63,142 nucleotides of DNA from Actinomycetota bacterium (GTDB lineage Bacteria; Actinomycetota; Geothermincolia; Fen-727; Anoxymicrobiaceae): the NCBI GenBank assembly GCA_020062425.1, contig JAGUWJ010000022.1, positions 1 to 63,142 on the forward strand. The letters run 5' to 3'. A program made the position numbers and the translations under genes. The notes below the pieces were generated by a model that saw nothing but the letters and a program-made list of their open reading frames with translations, made no database searches and was not told where the DNA came from. Positions within the stretch are counted from its first letter, which is position 1, and each line of letters begins with the position of its first letter. Positions 43,443 to 51,999 of the stretch are shown here, in pieces.

Positions 43443-45713
43443 ATGTACCAGTCTGTCAGACTCCGAGTAAATCGCCGCGAACAGTCAGGATTGCTTCACC
43501 GAAAAAGGCTAAAGTTCTTTGCCACTATAGCCGATGCACATGAACGACGCAGGACTAGGGGGCAGGTTTTGGCGCAGAGAGACTGGTACTTCATCTGCTT
43601 CGGGTTAACAGCGGTTGTCGCGTTGAGCTGCTGGATTCTCGCGATAGTTGTTTACCGCAACAACAGGAAACAGTATCTCAATCGGTCTTTCGCGCTCATG
43701 ATGCTGTTCCTGGGATTGTGGGTCCTTGCGGGGTTCGCTGAGAGGCTGCCCTCGACACCAAACGACGCATTCACACTGTGGGTATTCAGGTGGGCGTATG
43801 CGAATGGCACCATGCTCTCGATCTGCTTCCTTCTCTTCGGTATCACTCTCTATCTCGATCGCGCACCAAAGAAAGTATTAACGGGAACATTCCTGGGCTT
43901 CAGCGCCGTTATTTCTATTCTCTGTTTCTCCCCACTGATCATTCATTCCGCGACATTACGGAACGGTGTTCTGGTAACGAAATTTGGTCCTTTGTATCCG
44001 CTCAATGCGTTGGTGATCCCATTCGTCAGTATCACCAGTATCTATCTCATTGCCAAGAAATGGTCACATTCCGCCGGCATTGATAGGGCTCGCTCCAGTG
44101 TTGTGCTCTTGGGCTTCGTCATATTTGTTCCTTTCTGCATGGTTTCGGCTCTCGTGTTGCCTGTAGTTTTAGGCAGTGATGCAAGCAGCGGGTACGCTTT
44201 TATAACCGCTGTAATTCCGGTGGGATTCCTCTCATATGCGATTGTCCGCCTGCGCCTGCTTGACACGCGCATAATCCTTCGAAGGACGACGGTTCTTCTG
44301 CTCACTGCACTTGTCTTCTCGGTTCCTCTTGCGTTGCTCTTCGTGATTATCGAACTTGCCAGCCCCTCGAAGGGGGTACAATATCTCGCCGTATTTGCGC
44401 TTTTCATCCTTGTTATGATCTTCGCCCAGGACGTGATGAAGCGCCTTCACGTCCTTTCGGCCAGACTCTTCTTTTCTGGCTTGTACGATGAGGTCCAGCT
44501 CCTCGAAGAAGTTTCAGATACCCTTAGCGCCGAATCCGAACCGAACAAGAGCCTCGAGGCAGGGCTCTCCCATCTGGTCGCACCCCTTGGCGTGGATAGT
44601 GTGGGTCTGATGATACCTCCTGGTGTGGTCAACGGGAGCTGCTGGTACTTCAAGGCGTTTCAGACGCTTGACGGACCGGTTGATTGTGAAGTCGACTACA
44701 ACGCGGAGTTCCTGTGCTGGCTTGGAGCGGTAGAAGGTACAGTTGTGACTGAAGAAGTCACGCGCTGGCCCAGAAACGAGCAGGAGGAGAACCTGGGAAG
44801 GTGCATGGCCGCAAAGGATCTTTGCGCCTGCCTCCCGGTAAGGATATCTGAAGAGCGGATAGGGTATCTGCTTATCGGAAACAAGATCAACGAGAAGGCG
44901 CTTTCCTCGACAGACATCTCACTTCTGGAAAAGACGGCGGAGCGTATCGCTGTGTTCATCGACAACTATGGACTCTCTTCCAGGCTGGCCAGTCAGCTTA
45001 ACGAGCTCCAGCAGGTATACAGCGATCTTCATCAGGCCTACGACTTCAAATCTGAGATAATCCAGGTGGCATCTCATGAGTTCAGGACGCCCATCACCGT
45101 AATAGATGGCTTTGTGCATACACTGGTATCAAATTGGGATTCGATTTCCGAGGAGGACAAGGCCGAATATCTTACCAGCATCCTTGTGGCCAGTAAGAGG
45201 CTGGTCAACCTGACGGATAAGTTCCTTGATATCTCGAAGCTGGAGAACGGGAATAAAAGTGTGGTCAAGGTACCGACCAAGCTCAGCGCCATCGTTCAGA
45301 CAACGTTGTCGGACATAACTGATCAGGATATTGGGCGGATTCTTGTAGAGGGCAATCCCGAGCTGTACATATCATGCGACCCGGAGCATTTACGGATGAT
45401 GCTGGAGAACCTGGTTGAGAACGCGCTTCGCTTCAGCCCCCCGTCGAAGCCCGTGATGCTGAAGGTATGGCGTGACAGCACCATGATATACATCCAGGTA
45501 CAGGATTTCGGGAAGGGTATTCCCCTTGCGGAGAGGGAAAGGGTTTTCGAGCCGTTCGTACGTCTGGAGACATTGGAGAACCATTCAAGAGGAATGGGGC
45601 TCGGCCTGCACATCGTCCGCCTGTTGTCCTCTCGGCTCGGCATAGAAGTTGAGATCGATTCAGGGGAAGGAAGGGGAACCACGGTAACCCTCTGTCTCGG
45701 GCAGGAATATTGA
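43443..45713 (+). CDS. sensor histidine kinase with an N-terminal polytopic (7TM-type) domain and a GAF-like region
   Basis: 756 aa. About seven hydrophobic helices in the first 330 aa. H-box ASHEFRTPI. ENLVENALRF, DFGKGIP and GMGLGLHIV. Lower GC than the flanks. Confidence 0.85.
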   Translation: MYQSVRLRVNRREQSGLLHRKRLKFFATIADAHERRRTRGQVLAQRDWYFICFGLTAVVALSCWILAIVVYRNNRKQYLNRSFALMMLFLGLWVLAGFAERLPSTPNDAFTLWVFRWAYANGTMLSICFLLFGITLYLDRAPKKVLTGTFLGFSAVISILCFSPLIIHSATLRNGVLVTKFGPLYPLNALVIPFVSITSIYLIAKKWSHSAGIDRARSSVVLLGFVIFVPFCMVSALVLPVVLGSDASSGYAFITAVIPVGFLSYAIVRLRLLDTRIILRRTTVLLLTALVFSVPLALLFVIIELASPSKGVQYLAVFALFILVMIFAQDVMKRLHVLSARLFFSGLYDEVQLLEEVSDTLSAESEPNKSLEAGLSHLVAPLGVDSVGLMIPPGVVNGSCWYFKAFQTLDGPVDCEVDYNAEFLCWLGAVEGTVVTEEVTRWPRNEQEENLGRCMAAKDLCACLPVRISEERIGYLLIGNKINEKALSSTDISLLEKTAERIAVFIDNYGLSSRLASQLNELQQVYSDLHQAYDFKSEIIQVASHEFRTPITVIDGFVHTLVSNWDSISEEDKAEYLTSILVASKRLVNLTDKFLDISKLENGNKSVVKVPTKLSAIVQTTLSDITDQDIGRILVEGNPELYISCDPEHLRMMLENLVENALRFSPPSKPVMLKVWRDSTMIYIQVQDFGKGIPLAERERVFEPFVRLETLENHSRGMGLGLHIVRLLSSRLGIEVEIDSGEGRGTTVTLCLGQEY

Positions 45714-45743
45714 ACTGCGGTCGAGGTCAGGCACGTTCCAGCC

Positions 45744-47531
45744 CTATGACCGGGAGATGGTAGCGGGAGAACTATCGGCCTTTTTAACACGCTCCGCTTC
45801 CAGTGCCTTTTCACCGATGAAAGCCCAGTAGGTCTGGGTTCCAAGAAGTCGAGTCTTGAGTGGGAATCCAGCCTCTTCACTGATGCGCTCGATGAATTGA
45901 GGGAGGAACGCGGACTTGTCGCAAACGTCACCCCCCAGGGTCCAGTTGCGCTCGGCAACTGTTTCAAACAGAGTTGAAAGCATTAGGTTTACGAAGCCGA
46001 AATTGCGTAGATGCCGTGTTGTGAACAGGGCGGTGATGTACCAGAAGAGCCCCTGTTCAACAGCCTGAGGGAATTCATCGCGGAGGAATTTAGGACTGAT
46101 ATATGCTGCAGCGGCTTTGTCCAGATTGTTGGTGAGGAGCAACATGACGACAGGCTTATCGCCGATCACCATAATGCACTTGTTGTATTCTGGGTCGTTC
46201 AGTGCATACACGAATGAGTTGTGGTCATAGCAGGATTGATCCTGGATCGACTCGTCGTGCCGGAGGCTCTCCTGATACATTTCCCACAGAGGTTCCCACC
46301 ATCTTTCCGGTGTGGTTTTCAAATAGAAATACAATGTCGCGGTTTCGCCGTCCTGCTCGAAGACGAACCGCTTTTCTTCATCGTATTCAGGCTGGAAATC
46401 CTTGCCAGCGGGCTTGTCTCCCCAGAGTGTCTCGAAACGCTCCGTGCCGCCAAGAATATGTATTTCAGGTGGGTCGAAGCCGTGGAAGTTGCTCGCGTAG
46501 ACGAAAGAGTAGGCTCCGGTGTTCTGGATGAACAGCCTGTCGCCGACTTTCACCTCAGGAAGCAGGACCTCCGAGAGTATAGTGTCGTCCGGGTCGCATG
46601 TCGGTCCGGACAGTACGTAGTTCCTGAGCGAGGCGCCGTTCTTCGAGGTCTTGACGGGGTATGGAAACCGTCCTTTCACCTGCTGGGCTTCCATCAGGCC
46701 GTGCAGGGCGCTGGCGTCCAGAAAGAGCCACTCCTCATCACCACGTCTGGCTCTCCCTATGACGGTGCTGACCAGGACCGCGGATTCGCCGACCAGGTAC
46801 CTTCCCGGCTCGAGGATGAGGCCCGTTCCCTGAGGGAATCGCGAGTTGAATATCTCATGCACCGCGCGTCCTATCTCCTCGATGGAAGGAATATCTTCGA
46901 TGTACTTGACCGGAAAACCGCCGCCGATGTCGAGCGCCTGGCACTTTATGCCGCGCGCCTCCACGGCTGAGAAGACCCGCGCGGCCGATTCCATGGCGTC
47001 GAGCCACGTCTGCAGCCGGGCGCATTGGGAACCCACATGGAAAGCGACGCCATAAGGGATGAGACCCATCTCGCGCGCGTCCTCGAGCAGTTCCACGGCG
47101 TGCTCCGCAGGCGTGCCGAACTTCATGCTCAAGGGGAAAAGGCTTCCTTCGTTACCGACGGCGAGCCTTACGAGGACACGGGAGCCGGGAGCCAGAAAGG
47201 CGAGCTTTGAGAGTTCTTCCTCCGAATCGAATACGAAGAGATCCACGCCCATCTGGAAGGTGTCTCTTATGTGCGACTGCAGCTTGACGGGCGAAGAGAA
47301 GACGAGGTCTTCTGGCCTTGCTCCGATATCGAGGGCAATCTCAGCCTCGCGCTTGGACCCGACCTCGAACCTGGAACCCTCGGAGATAAGCGTGTTCAGG
47401 ACTTCGTGATTGTTGTTTGCTTTCACGGCGTAGTAGATCGTAGCGCTTGGGAAAGCCGCTTTCATGCGTTCGTACTGGCGCCGGACCTTCTCGAGGTCGA
47501 ACAGGAAATAAGGTGTCTGGTAATCCGACAT
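45744..47531 (-). CDS. group IV PLP decarboxylase (ornithine/DAP/arginine type) fused to a ~200-aa uncharacterised GNAT-like C-terminal domain
   Basis: YYAVKAN (PLP lysine), HVGSQ, DIGGGFP, EPGRYLV, and GPTCDPDD in residues 1-390. The C-terminal 200 aa has no decarboxylase motifs. ATG 47531 is preferred over 47561. Confidence 0.85.
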   Translation of the reverse strand: MSDYQTPYFLFDLEKVRRQYERMKAAFPSATIYYAVKANNNHEVLNTLISEGSRFEVGSKREAEIALDIGARPEDLVFSSPVKLQSHIRDTFQMGVDLFVFDSEEELSKLAFLAPGSRVLVRLAVGNEGSLFPLSMKFGTPAEHAVELLEDAREMGLIPYGVAFHVGSQCARLQTWLDAMESAARVFSAVEARGIKCQALDIGGGFPVKYIEDIPSIEEIGRAVHEIFNSRFPQGTGLILEPGRYLVGESAVLVSTVIGRARRGDEEWLFLDASALHGLMEAQQVKGRFPYPVKTSKNGASLRNYVLSGPTCDPDDTILSEVLLPEVKVGDRLFIQNTGAYSFVYASNFHGFDPPEIHILGGTERFETLWGDKPAGKDFQPEYDEEKRFVFEQDGETATLYFYLKTTPERWWEPLWEMYQESLRHDESIQDQSCYDHNSFVYALNDPEYNKCIMVIGDKPVVMLLLTNNLDKAAAAYISPKFLRDEFPQAVEQGLFWYITALFTTRHLRNFGFVNLMLSTLFETVAERNWTLGGDVCDKSAFLPQFIERISEEAGFPLKTRLLGTQTYWAFIGEKALEAERVKKADSSPATISRS

Positions 47532-47923
47532 CACCGCCACCCCCGCTTTGAAGTTGTGCAAGCGTCATACCTCAGTGATAGCACAGGATAAGTATAGTTA
47601 CTAATGTTGAATAAGGTCAATAGAGTTAATTTAAGTGAACTATATATAGTAGTGGTGTTCGACGGTGACTACTGACAGTTGTGTTAGTTGCCTGCATGTG
47701 TTGACAATAATTATAAACAGCTAGAGAGCGGAATAGACACAGAACGCGGCAATGTAGTGACACATAAGTCCACCCGTATGGGGGATACCGTCACCCCCAT
47801 TAGGGTAATACCGGCGTCGCGGATCGACCCTTCTGGACAATCAATTGTTCTTCAATTAACCTCTTCAGATGAGCGGCTCGGCGTCCGAAGTCTTCGCGGG
47901 ATCTCGAGCCTCGATCACGGCAC

Positions 47924-47999
47924 GGGCCCATAGCTCAGTTGGCAGAGCAGCGGACTCATAATCCGCGTGTCGCAGGTTCGAGTCCTGCTGGGCCCACCA
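47924..47999 (+). tRNA. tRNA with anticodon CAT (elongator Met or lysidine-modified Ile2)
   Basis: A 76-nt cloverleaf: acceptor GGGCCCA/TGGGCCC, D arm GCTC-AGTTGGCA-GAGC, anticodon arm GCGGA-CTCATAA-TCCGC, T arm GCAGG-TTCGAGT-CCTGC, and an encoded CCA. Confidence 0.9.
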
Positions 48000-48089
48000 A
48001 CGGTTTTCCGCATGGGCATGGGCTTTGAGCATACCAGGCAAGACCCGCGGTCCGGGGGAGCTTGTATCGGTGTGCCGCTCTGGTGCCGC

Positions 48090-49199
48090 TCACTTCCGCC
48101 GGGAGGCCCTGAAATGGGTGACCCGATTGTCCGCTATAAGCGCGTCAATCCGTGACTCGATTCCCTGGTCCACGGAGGGCAAGAGGTGGCCGTAGCGGTC
48201 TAGCGTGGTGGTGATGGAGGCGTGGCCCATTCGCTCCTGGAGAACCTTAGGATTGCAGTTGAGGGAAATCATCAGGGCGGCGTAAGTATGGCGGAGGTCA
48301 TGGAATCGGACGCGGCGGAGCCCGGCGCGCTCCAGCGCGGGGTGAAACTCCCGGGCTATCATGTTCGAGAAGTTGACCGGCTTGCCGGCGCGGTTGCGGT
48401 AAATCAGGTCAGACGGCTTCTGGCCTGTCGGTCGGTGCGCCTCGAGCTCCTCAGCCAGGAGCGGGGAGATCGGGACGGCCCGGACCCCGCGCTTGCTCTT
48501 CGGGGAAGAGAACCCGTACTCCGGATGGTATGACCGCCGAATGTATATCACCCCGCGCGCCTGGTCATAATCACTCCAGCGCAAAGCCAGGAGCTCGCCT
48601 TGCCGGGCCCCGGTCAGGACGGCCATGGCGAACAGGGCGCGGTATTCAGGACTGGCCGCGTCGAGGAGCCTGGCCACTTCATCAGGTCTGAGGTAGTCCA
48701 TCTCTCGGTGCGGAGCTTGAGGGAGCTCGACGAATCGGGTGGGATTCTGCTGGACGTACCCCCAGGCCTCTGCTTTCTTCATCATGGACTTGAGGACGGC
48801 GAGCGTCTTGCTCACGGTCCTGGGGGAATATCCCGCGCGGATTTTCTCCGCCACGTATGATTGCACTACATCGGGAGTGATGTCCTCCAGGGGGCCAGAG
48901 AAGAACGGGGCCAGGTGGTTCCTCGTCACCTCGCGGTAGTCTTTCAGGGTGCTGGGTTTCAGGCCCTTGACGCTTGCGTAGTCCTCGAGCCAGCGCTCTG
49001 CCAGGTCGGAGAAGGTCACGCTCCTGGGCCTGCCGAAGGTGCCCTCGGCCAGCTCGGCGCTCGCCGCGCGGAGACGGGCCTCGGCGTCCTTCTTGCGAGC
49101 GAACCCGCCCAGATTCTTGGCGCGACCGCCCACGCGCGCCACGGCATAGTATCTGACCGCCCCGGACGGGAGGACCCGGCGCCTTATATGCCCGGACAT
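48090..49199 (-). CDS. int: tyrosine recombinase, phage integrase
   Basis: 369 aa. An N-terminal SAM-like domain. Catalytic region TGARQGELLALRW, HDLRHTYA, and GHASITTTLDRYGH. Confidence 0.95.
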   Translation of the reverse strand: MSGHIRRRVLPSGAVRYYAVARVGGRAKNLGGFARKKDAEARLRAASAELAEGTFGRPRSVTFSDLAERWLEDYASVKGLKPSTLKDYREVTRNHLAPFFSGPLEDITPDVVQSYVAEKIRAGYSPRTVSKTLAVLKSMMKKAEAWGYVQQNPTRFVELPQAPHREMDYLRPDEVARLLDAASPEYRALFAMAVLTGARQGELLALRWSDYDQARGVIYIRRSYHPEYGFSSPKSKRGVRAVPISPLLAEELEAHRPTGQKPSDLIYRNRAGKPVNFSNMIAREFHPALERAGLRRVRFHDLRHTYAALMISLNCNPKVLQERMGHASITTTLDRYGHLLPSVDQGIESRIDALIADNRVTHFRASRRK

Positions 49200-49564
49200 C
49201 AGCGTTTCTTTTTCTCTTCCTGGAGCTTCTTCGAGGTCCGACCGAGCCGCTTGGTGGCCTTGTATTTCACCAGCGTCATCACCTCGTCGATGTCCTCCTG
49301 GACGATGCCCGGGTAATTCTCGAGACAGTTGCGGAGCTCCATGTCAGATGATGGGCCACCGCCCCTGCTGTCCATGGGTACGCCCAGAATCTCGAAGTGC
49401 ATGACCTCTGCCACCTGGATTAATGCATCCAGTCCCGGGCTACCGCCCCGCAGATAACGCGAGAGAGAAGATTCGGAAATCCCCAGCAGTATCGCGAACT
49501 CCTTTTGAGTCATGCCGAACTCCTCCATCCTCTCACGAAGCCAACGAGCAAAGTCAAATCCCAT
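49199..49564 (-). CDS. XRE-family HTH protein, CI-like repressor
   Basis: MTQKEFAILLGISESSLSRYLRG HTH. ATG 49564 follows GGGGGTGG. The ORF opens at 49585. Its stop overlaps the int start. Confidence 0.75.
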   Translation of the reverse strand: MGFDFARWLRERMEEFGMTQKEFAILLGISESSLSRYLRGGSPGLDALIQVAEVMHFEILGVPMDSRGGGPSSDMELRNCLENYPGIVQEDIDEVMTLVKYKATKRLGRTSKKLQEEKKKR

Positions 49565-49585
49565 TATCGCCACCCCCGCGTACAT

Positions 49586-49720
49586 ATTTCAACGGAATTC
49601 TCACTGAGTAGCATCTCATAAACCTGGAATCCCGTGGCAAAAATGCAGGATTCTATATTGACAATGCCGAATTCCTAATGTAGAATCTGACACGGTTACA
49701 ACCAACAGGGAGAAGCGCAA
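49586..49720. promoter_or_regulatory. divergent lysogeny-switch promoters with repeated GGAATYC-type motifs
   Basis: Plus strand: TTGACA (49658-49663), 17 nt, TAGAAT (49681-49686). Minus strand: TTAGGA (49678-49673), 17 nt, TAGAAT (49655-49650). The ATTCTA/TAGAAT inverted repeat brackets the -35 box. Confidence 0.5.
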
Positions 49721-49957
49721 GTGGGGAACCTCGAGTCAGACATCAAGCCCAAGCGAAAAGCTCAAGACATCAACCTCAGAGAGCTTGAGCAGTTGACCGG
49801 GATAAACCGGGGAGAGCTTTCACGGATAGAGCGCGGTCGGCTGGTCTATGACGAGAGGCAGAAACGACTCATAGAGGAGGTGCTAGGGGAGGTCGCCATG
49901 TGGGCGCTCGAAGAGAGAGACGGCCTTCTGGTGAGAATCCCCATCAGGCCAGCATGA
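49721..49957 (+). CDS. XRE-family HTH protein, Cro-like
   Basis: 78 aa, GTG start. INLRELEQLTGINRGELSRIERG HTH. Divergent from the CI-like gene. Confidence 0.7.
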   Translation: MGNLESDIKPKRKAQDINLRELEQLTGINRGELSRIERGRLVYDERQKRLIEEVLGEVAMWALEERDGLLVRIPIRPA

Positions 49958-50277
49958 AACTTATCACCGCTAAAGAACTCGCGGAACTCATGAGCATCCC
50001 TGTCGGGACCGTGTGGGCCCTGGCGCGAGAAGGCCGCATCCCGCACTACCGGACGGGGAACATCCTGCGCTTCGATGCGGAAGAGGTCCTGGGGACCATC
50101 CGCAACGGCAACGGGGGGAGAGATGAACACGACGGAAGCGAGAAGGACGAAGGCGACGGCGGAGTTACTTCTGGAGGTGCAGGCTATCGACATGGAAGTG
50201 GCCGGTCTGTTGCGGCGCCTGTTGGTCTTGATGCAGGAGCATTGGAATCTGCTCCGCGAGGCCCAGGCCACGAATGA
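49954..50277 (+). CDS. excisionase-type (MerR-like) HTH DNA-binding protein; the C-terminal tail is doubtful
   Basis: MKLITAKELAELMSIPVGTVWALAREGRIPHYR... ATGA junction with the cro-like gene. After about residue 60 the third-codon-position GC drops sharply. Confidence 0.6.
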   Translation: MKLITAKELAELMSIPVGTVWALAREGRIPHYRTGNILRFDAEEVLGTIRNGNGGRDEHDGSEKDEGDGGVTSGGAGYRHGSGRSVAAPVGLDAGALESAPRGPGHE

Positions 50278-50290
50278 CGAAAGGGGGTGA
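50123..50290 (+). CDS. hypothetical 55-aa helical protein (overlaps the tail of the previous ORF in another frame)
   Basis: ATG follows GGGGGGAGAG. Third-position GC is about 80 percent by hand count, against about 30 percent in the competing frame. Confidence 0.5.
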   Translation: MNTTEARRTKATAELLLEVQAIDMEVAGLLRRLLVLMQEHWNLLREAQATNDERG

Positions 50291-50294
50291 TCGA

Positions 50295-50534
50295 ATGCCA
50301 ATAGCTACAAGGACTCATGCGAACGGGAAGATGGCCTCTCTCTACATCGTCAATGACGAGCGGTTCAACTACTACCCGATAGTAGAGGTCAGCGTCTATG
50401 ACTGGCGGGACCACGGGGCCGGGGTCAAGGTCGTCGTTGAGCCCAGGGTCGAGGGCGTGAAAGTCGAGGTTGTGGACCTGGCAGAGGTCCTAGCCGACGA
50501 CGAGAGACAGAGAAGGGAGGCGGCGAATGCTTGA
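50295..50534 (+). CDS. hypothetical phage protein
   Basis: ATG 50295 follows AAGGGGGTGAT. An alternative ATG is at 50274. No family recognised. Confidence 0.5.
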   Translation: MPIATRTHANGKMASLYIVNDERFNYYPIVEVSVYDWRDHGAGVKVVVEPRVEGVKVEVVDLAEVLADDERQRREAANA

Positions 50535-51285
50535 CCATCTATCACCATCACAGATGTCGATGTGGGGGCGCTGTCAGGTCCAGTGGTACTTCCGTTATGT
50601 CGAGGGCCTGAAGATACCGCCGAGTGTGTCCATGGCCCAGGGTTCGGCCATGCACGAGGGGGCGCGGTTCAAGTTGGCCGCTCGGGTGGAAGGTGCGGAG
50701 GAGCCCTCCGACAGCGACACGGAAGAGTACATCGTAAACGAATTCGAGGAGGCCGGGAGAAAAGGCCTGGACCTGAAGGAGGGGGACGACCTCGGCAAGG
50801 CCAAGGACGAGCTCACCGCCTGTGGCAAGGTCCTCCTCGAAGAGTCCCTCCCGGACATCACGACACCCACAGCAAGTGAGAAAAGATACGACCTGAATCT
50901 GGAAGATAGAGACGTTGGCCTGGTGGCGATTACGGACGTTGAGGAGGAGGGCCGAGTTAGAGACTTCAAGCTGACCTCTAAAACACCCGACCCCCTCTCC
51001 GAGCTACAGCCTGTAGTCTACACCTACTGCCGGTGGCAGGAAACCGGGGAGGTCCCGGACTTCACCTATGAAGTGGTGAAGAAGCTCAAGACCCCAAAGC
51101 TTGAGCGGGTAAACCACCGGTGCACAGAGGCCGACATCAACTTCTTCTTCGCACAATTCGACGCGGCGGTGTTCCAGATGAAGCACGCAATCGAGGCCGG
51201 CAACTTCGTCCCCAACCCCTGCGGTTGGTGGTGCTCGGAGTCCTGGTGCGGTTACTGGAACCATTGCCGAGGCAAGGGGGTATGA
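50527..51285 (+). CDS. PD-(D/E)XK exonuclease, Cas4-like with a Cys cluster
   Basis: An N-terminal Cys (WGRCQVQWYF). Core acidic motifs (ITDVEEE..DFK). C-terminal CGWWCSESWCGYWNHC. Confidence 0.7.
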   Translation: MLDHLSPSQMSMWGRCQVQWYFRYVEGLKIPPSVSMAQGSAMHEGARFKLAARVEGAEEPSDSDTEEYIVNEFEEAGRKGLDLKEGDDLGKAKDELTACGKVLLEESLPDITTPTASEKRYDLNLEDRDVGLVAITDVEEEGRVRDFKLTSKTPDPLSELQPVVYTYCRWQETGEVPDFTYEVVKKLKTPKLERVNHRCTEADINFFFAQFDAAVFQMKHAIEAGNFVPNPCGWWCSESWCGYWNHCRGKGV

Positions 51286-51288
51286 CAG

Positions 51289-51999
51289 GTGAGATCGTCA
51301 GACTCAATAGCAAAGCTCGCCCCGGACCTGGTAAAGCTCCAGGGGGAGCTCAGTAACCCGAAGGTCAACAAGACTAATCCACACTTCAACAAGAAGTACG
51401 CCGGCCTGGACGCGGTGACAGATGTAATCCGCCCGGTGGCGGCAAAGTACAACTTCGCCATTGTCCAGGAGCCCAGCAACGCGAACGGCGCCGTGCTCAT
51501 CACCACGCGCCTGATTCACACATCCGGGGAGTGGCTGGAGCTCTCGCCGCTCTTCCTCGTGCCCGACAAGAACACACCCCAGGGGGTCGGAAGCGCTATC
51601 ACTTACGGTCGGCGCTACACCGAGTCGGGGCTGTTCAACGTGGCGAGCGAGGACGACGACGACGGGAACGGCGCCGAGCCTGCAAAGGCACCCTCCAGGA
51701 AGCCTCCCACCGCCAAGCCCAAGGAAGCCGCAAAGCCCAAGGAAAGCGGTGGGCCCTCCGAACCTCAGATTAGAGCCCTGAAGGGCCTCGGCTACCAGCT
51801 CGGCTACCGCGAGAAGGACCAGAACGATGTCGGCTGGTGGACGCCCACTTTTATGGACATCCTCCAGAACCAATACGGTGTGGACGAGATCGACGAGCTC
51901 ACCGGGGGAGCGGGCGGGACGGCCAGCCACCTCATATCTGCCCTCACTAAGCAGGCGGACGAGGCGCGAAAGGCCAAGGAGGCGGAACATGGCGTGTAA
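51289..51999 (+). CDS. ERF-family single-strand annealing protein
   Basis: GTG follows AAGGGGG. PHFNKKYAGLDAV and GSAITYGRRY motifs. An acidic then basic low-complexity C-terminus. Confidence 0.8.
   Translation: MRSSDSIAKLAPDLVKLQGELSNPKVNKTNPHFNKKYAGLDAVTDVIRPVAAKYNFAIVQEPSNANGAVLITTRLIHTSGEWLELSPLFLVPDKNTPQGVGSAITYGRRYTESGLFNVASEDDDDGNGAEPAKAPSRKPPTAKPKEAAKPKESGGPSEPQIRALKGLGYQLGYREKDQNDVGWWTPTFMDILQNQYGVDEIDELTGGAGGTASHLISALTKQADEARKAKEAEHGV

Noticed and set aside
47688-47933. 81-aa ORF in the AT-rich spacer.
   Set aside because: It runs into the tRNA gene. It has low-complexity composition and no RBS.
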